Origin: Nocardioides sp.
Lineage (GTDB): Bacteria; Actinomycetota; Actinomycetes; Propionibacteriales; Nocardioidaceae
Assembly (NCBI RefSeq): GCF_035503875.1
Contig: NZ_DATJTA010000022.1
Coordinates: forward strand, 12,607 to 76,606
DNA length: 64,000 nt
Direction: 5' to 3'
The position numbers were made by a program, and so were the translations under genes. The notes under the pieces are model-generated. The model made no database searches and was not told where the DNA came from. It saw nothing but the letters and a program-made list of their open reading frames with translations. Positions 63,071 through 64,000 of the stretch are shown here, in pieces. How positions within the stretch are numbered: the stretch's first letter is position 1; each line of letters opens with the position of its first letter.

Positions 63071-63784
63071 ATGTCAGCCGACGACCGCGACCCGGGCGCG
63101 CCGTCCCTGGAGCCGCCCTCGTTGTTCCGGCGCCGACGCCGGACGAAGGCCGAGCCTGCGCCGGAGCCGACCGCCGACGAGCAGCCCACGGACGTGCTGG
63201 CGTCGGAGCCCGCGCCCGACCCGGTCCCCCGGCCGGTCCCGACGCCGGAGCCCTCCCCCACCCCGGTGCCGATCCCCGATCCCGTCCCGGATCCGGTCCC
63301 CCAGCCGCAGCCGGTCGAGCCCGCGCCGCTCTTCGCCGACGAGGTCGAGCCGGGCTCCACCCGGACCCTGACGGCCCCGGCTCCCCGGACGGTCCACGCC
63401 CCCGTCCTCACCGGCCTGGCCGCAGCCCTCGTCACCGGGCTCCTGGTCGGCCTGCTGCTGGTGCTGCTGACCGCCGGCGGGCAGCAGACGTGCGAAGCGG
63501 TCCAGGGCACGTCGTCGTGCGGCGGAGCGGGCTACCCGCTGATCCTCGCGATCCTGGTCGTCGCCGTCCTGGCCGGAGGCGCGCTGCTGCGCCGGGCCGG
63601 CGTGCCGGACCCGGGCAGCACCAGCTTCCTGGCCGTCGGGCTGCTCGCCGTGATCGCGCTGGTCTTCCTCGTGGAGTCGCTCGACTCCTGGTGGATGGTC
63701 GCGGTGATCCCCGTGGTCTCGATGGCGACGTACGCCGCCAGCCACTGGGTCACCACCGCGGTCATCGAGCCCGCGCGGGAGTGA
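63071..63784 (+). CDS. Proline-rich membrane protein, hypothetical
   Basis: 237 aa. The N-terminal half is a PxP-rich low-complexity tract (PVPRPVPTPEPSPTPVPIPDPVPDPVPQPQPVEP), followed by about four TM segments. Confidence 0.6.
   Translation: MSADDRDPGAPSLEPPSLFRRRRRTKAEPAPEPTADEQPTDVLASEPAPDPVPRPVPTPEPSPTPVPIPDPVPDPVPQPQPVEPAPLFADEVEPGSTRTLTAPAPRTVHAPVLTGLAAALVTGLLVGLLLVLLTAGGQQTCEAVQGTSSCGGAGYPLILAILVVAVLAGGALLRRAGVPDPGSTSFLAVGLLAVIALVFLVESLDSWWMVAVIPVVSMATYAASHWVTTAVIEPARE

Positions 63785-64000
<216 letters not shown>

Overview
This is a very GC-rich actinobacterial chromosomal segment; no finer taxon can be assigned by eye. From memory, the backbone is syntenic with the mycobacterial Rv3660c-Rv3683 neighbourhood. 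Backbone genes are ssd-like, a HAD hydrolase, an Ms1/MTS2823-type intergenic site, acs, marP, NUDIX, tlpA-like, nth, crp, an MBL hydrolase, RidA, DUF4177, an ArsA/Get3-like ATPase pair, whiB, a class A PBP, a metallophosphoesterase and tRNA-Pro. Accessory blocks interrupt this backbone. (1) A frameshifted LytS-type kinase, a LytTR regulator, a small membrane protein and a solute:sodium symporter. (2) A full nitrate/nitrite assimilation locus (narK-nasA, then nasB-like-nirB-nirD-hemD::wHTH-sirB). (3) DUF485-actP-acs and nhaA. (4) A four-gene putative exopolysaccharide module (HAS/NodC-like GT2 synthase, FN3+GH18-like secreted protein, tandem Ig-like repeat protein, nucleotide-sugar dehydrogenase) inserted between crp and the MBL hydrolase. 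(5) Two paralogous HisKA_3 kinase / LuxR regulator / ABC ATPase / FtsX permease cassettes. (6) Small detox/transport genes, an NmrA-ECF41-DUF3060 operon, tfoX, scoAB and iclR. The most unusual signal is non-coding. A modular family of about 130-bp hairpin repeats (REPIN/BOX-like) occupies at least six intergenic sites. It forms higher-order tandem arrays, supplies stop codons and C-terminal codons to several genes, and has a sister family with the same internal cassettes but compensatorily changed stems. Other points are a candidate Ms1/6S-like sRNA locus, an 82-nt regulatory leader duplicated in front of both nitrate-assimilation operons, phased direct repeats upstream of actP-acs, and several very long perfect hairpins. 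No CRISPR array, transposase, integrase, rRNA or recognisable defence system was seen. All calls rest on reading the sequence and ORF translations by eye; no searches were run.
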